From Balneolaceae bacterium (lineage in GTDB: Bacteria; Bacteroidota; Rhodothermia; Balneolales; Balneolaceae): a DNA stretch of 37,687 nucleotides. The translations under genes were made by a program, and so were the position numbers. The notes beneath the pieces were generated by a model, which saw only the letters and a list, made by a program, of their open reading frames with translations, searched no databases and had not been told where the DNA came from. The stretch is taken from contig JAWVYR010000001.1 in NCBI GenBank assembly GCA_033722635.1, positions 1-37,687 of the forward strand, written 5' to 3'. Positions 36,475 through 37,687 of this stretch are shown piece after piece (within the stretch, counting starts at the first letter, position 1; each line of letters begins with the position of its first letter).

Positions 36475-37687
36475 GGCCGTTCATGGCCGAAACCATCGGC
36501 ATAAATTTCAGTTGGCTCTCCTTCCATTCTGTTACGGGATCGGAATCGGACAGGATACCGCATCCCGCATAAAAATGGGCCGTGTCATCCTTGATAATAC
36601 CGCTTCGGATCGCCACGGAAAACTCCCCGCAGCGGTTTAGATTGAGCCAGCCGACCGGCCCGGCATACCAGCCGCGGTCGAACTCTTCGAACCTGCGGAT
36701 ATAATCCAGTGCCTGCTTACGGGGATATCCGCCGACCGCCGGAGTGGGATGCAGGCTACTGATGATATCCAGGTACGCACTTTCTTCTTTCAGGTAAGCG
36801 GTGATCGGAGTGAACAGGTGCTGTACATTCCTGAGTTTTTTGACACCCGGGCGATCGGGATAATCCACATTCTTGGAAAAGGGTTGAAGATTGCGGGCGA
36901 TCGACCGGACCACATAGCGGTGTTCTCTCAGATTTTTGGGGCTGTTCAACAGCTGTTTTTCCATCAGGGCATCTTCGGTAGCTGATTCTCCCCGCGATAT
37001 GCTTCCCGCCAGTCCGTCCGTCAGAAGCAGACGGTTGTTGAGATAAGCCAGCCGTTCCGGCGTGGAGCCGATGAAAGTGCCAGAATTCTTCTGGTGGATC
37101 AGGAAGGAGTAGCAGTTATGATATTGGTTGCGAAGCCGGTTGAGCATCAGGGTGGGGGATATCGGTTGTTTTGATCGGGCGGTAAACCGTCGTGCAAGCA
37201 CGATCTTTTCGAATGATGCCTGCCGGATCTCCTGTTTGACCTCATCAACCATTTTCATCCACCGGTTCTCGATCTCCTCCCCGTCAGGATCGAGGATCCA
37301 TCCGTTTTCCATCGACCGCTCCAGCACCTCGTCCCGGTCCATGTTCAGGGCCGGTAGCAGCTGTTCATGCATCTTTAGAAAGTGTCTTTTGAGCTGTTCC
37401 GTGGATAATCCGCGGTCCTTCCTGGCGGTGAGCGTCAGCAGTCCCAGTTTTCCATCCCTGATAAAGAGCCATTCGGGAACCGTCAGCGAAAAGGCTCCAA
37501 ATCCCTTCCAGATCGGTTCCTCAATCTGATCGAAAAAGGAACCGCCGCCCAGAAAATGGATTCCGCCGTAGCGGTGTTGGATAGGAGAGAAATGATGGGT
37601 ACGCTTTTGCACCTCTTCGATCTGTTCCTTTAGTTCTAAAATTCGGTTGTCTCCCCCTGATCTCAGACGGATCACCTCTCCGCCGGC
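36467..37687 (-). CDS. menF: isochorismate synthase (N-terminus may lie outside the window)
   Basis: Chorismate-binding motifs SLHPTPAVGGYP, GWYAGPVGW and AGCGI. The ORF track start at 37675 is GTG and the frame stays open to the window edge, so the true start is undetermined. Confidence 0.88.
   Translation of the reverse strand, partial: AGGEVIRLRSGGDNRILELKEQIEEVQKRTHHFSPIQHRYGGIHFLGGGSFFDQIEEPIWKGFGAFSLTVPEWLFIRDGKLGLLTLTARKDRGLSTEQLKRHFLKMHEQLLPALNMDRDEVLERSMENGWILDPDGEEIENRWMKMVDEVKQEIRQASFEKIVLARRFTARSKQPISPTLMLNRLRNQYHNCYSFLIHQKNSGTFIGSTPERLAYLNNRLLLTDGLAGSISRGESATEDALMEKQLLNSPKNLREHRYVVRSIARNLQPFSKNVDYPDRPGVKKLRNVQHLFTPITAYLKEESAYLDIISSLHPTPAVGGYPRKQALDYIRRFEEFDRGWYAGPVGWLNLNRCGEFSVAIRSGIIKDDTAHFYAGCGILSDSDPVTEWKESQLKFMPMVSAMNGHG

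Noticed and set aside
1-37687. CRISPR arrays, tRNA, rRNA or tmRNA genes, IS elements and prophage genes.
   Set aside because: I scanned all spacers longer than 60 nt by eye. I found no regularly spaced short repeats, no cloverleaf-like segments with a GTTCRANYC T-loop, and no transposase- or integrase-like translations in the ORF track.

Overview
A 37.7-kb chromosomal window, moderately GC-rich (about 55-58% in hand-counted 60-nt core samples). It is dominated by housekeeping genes. By gene content and style it resembles an FCB-group genome (Bacteroidota/Balneolota/Rhodothermota-like); that is a low-confidence inference from type III glutamine synthetase, grpE-dnaJ without dnaK, frequent lipoproteins and weak Shine-Dalgarno signals.

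Gene order:
- AKR fragment, three unknown envelope proteins, CaCA antiporter, bPH protein, lnt, rsmI
- small membrane ORF, VOC protein, grpE-dnaJ, purE-purK, prfA, pckA, aguB-aguA, gatB
- TlpA-like lipoprotein translationally coupled to tpiA, then purD
- a complete classical menaquinone gene set on the minus strand, split into menA-menC-menE (22.5-26.0 kb) and menF-menD-menH-menB (33.1-37.7 kb)

No rRNA, tRNA, CRISPR array, transposase or integrase was recognised.

The only clearly accessory stretch lies between the two men blocks (26.0-33.4 kb). It holds glnN (GS type III, opposite strand) and an orphan secreted ORF bracketed by two direct copies of a ~140-nt three-hairpin structured repeat. 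It also holds a ~3.77-kb lower-GC segment carrying a TolB-like beta-propeller lipoprotein and a thermolysin-clan metallopeptidase lipoprotein.

That segment is flanked by two direct copies of the last ~250 nt of menB. The copies are exactly 3765 nt apart. In their well-conserved part they differ only at synonymous sites and the stop codon. This is the classic signature of an island inserted into the 3' end of a gene, but no recombinase is present. I regard it as the most interesting feature of the window. I did not find a convincing multi-gene novel system such as a defence locus, and I say so rather than invent one.
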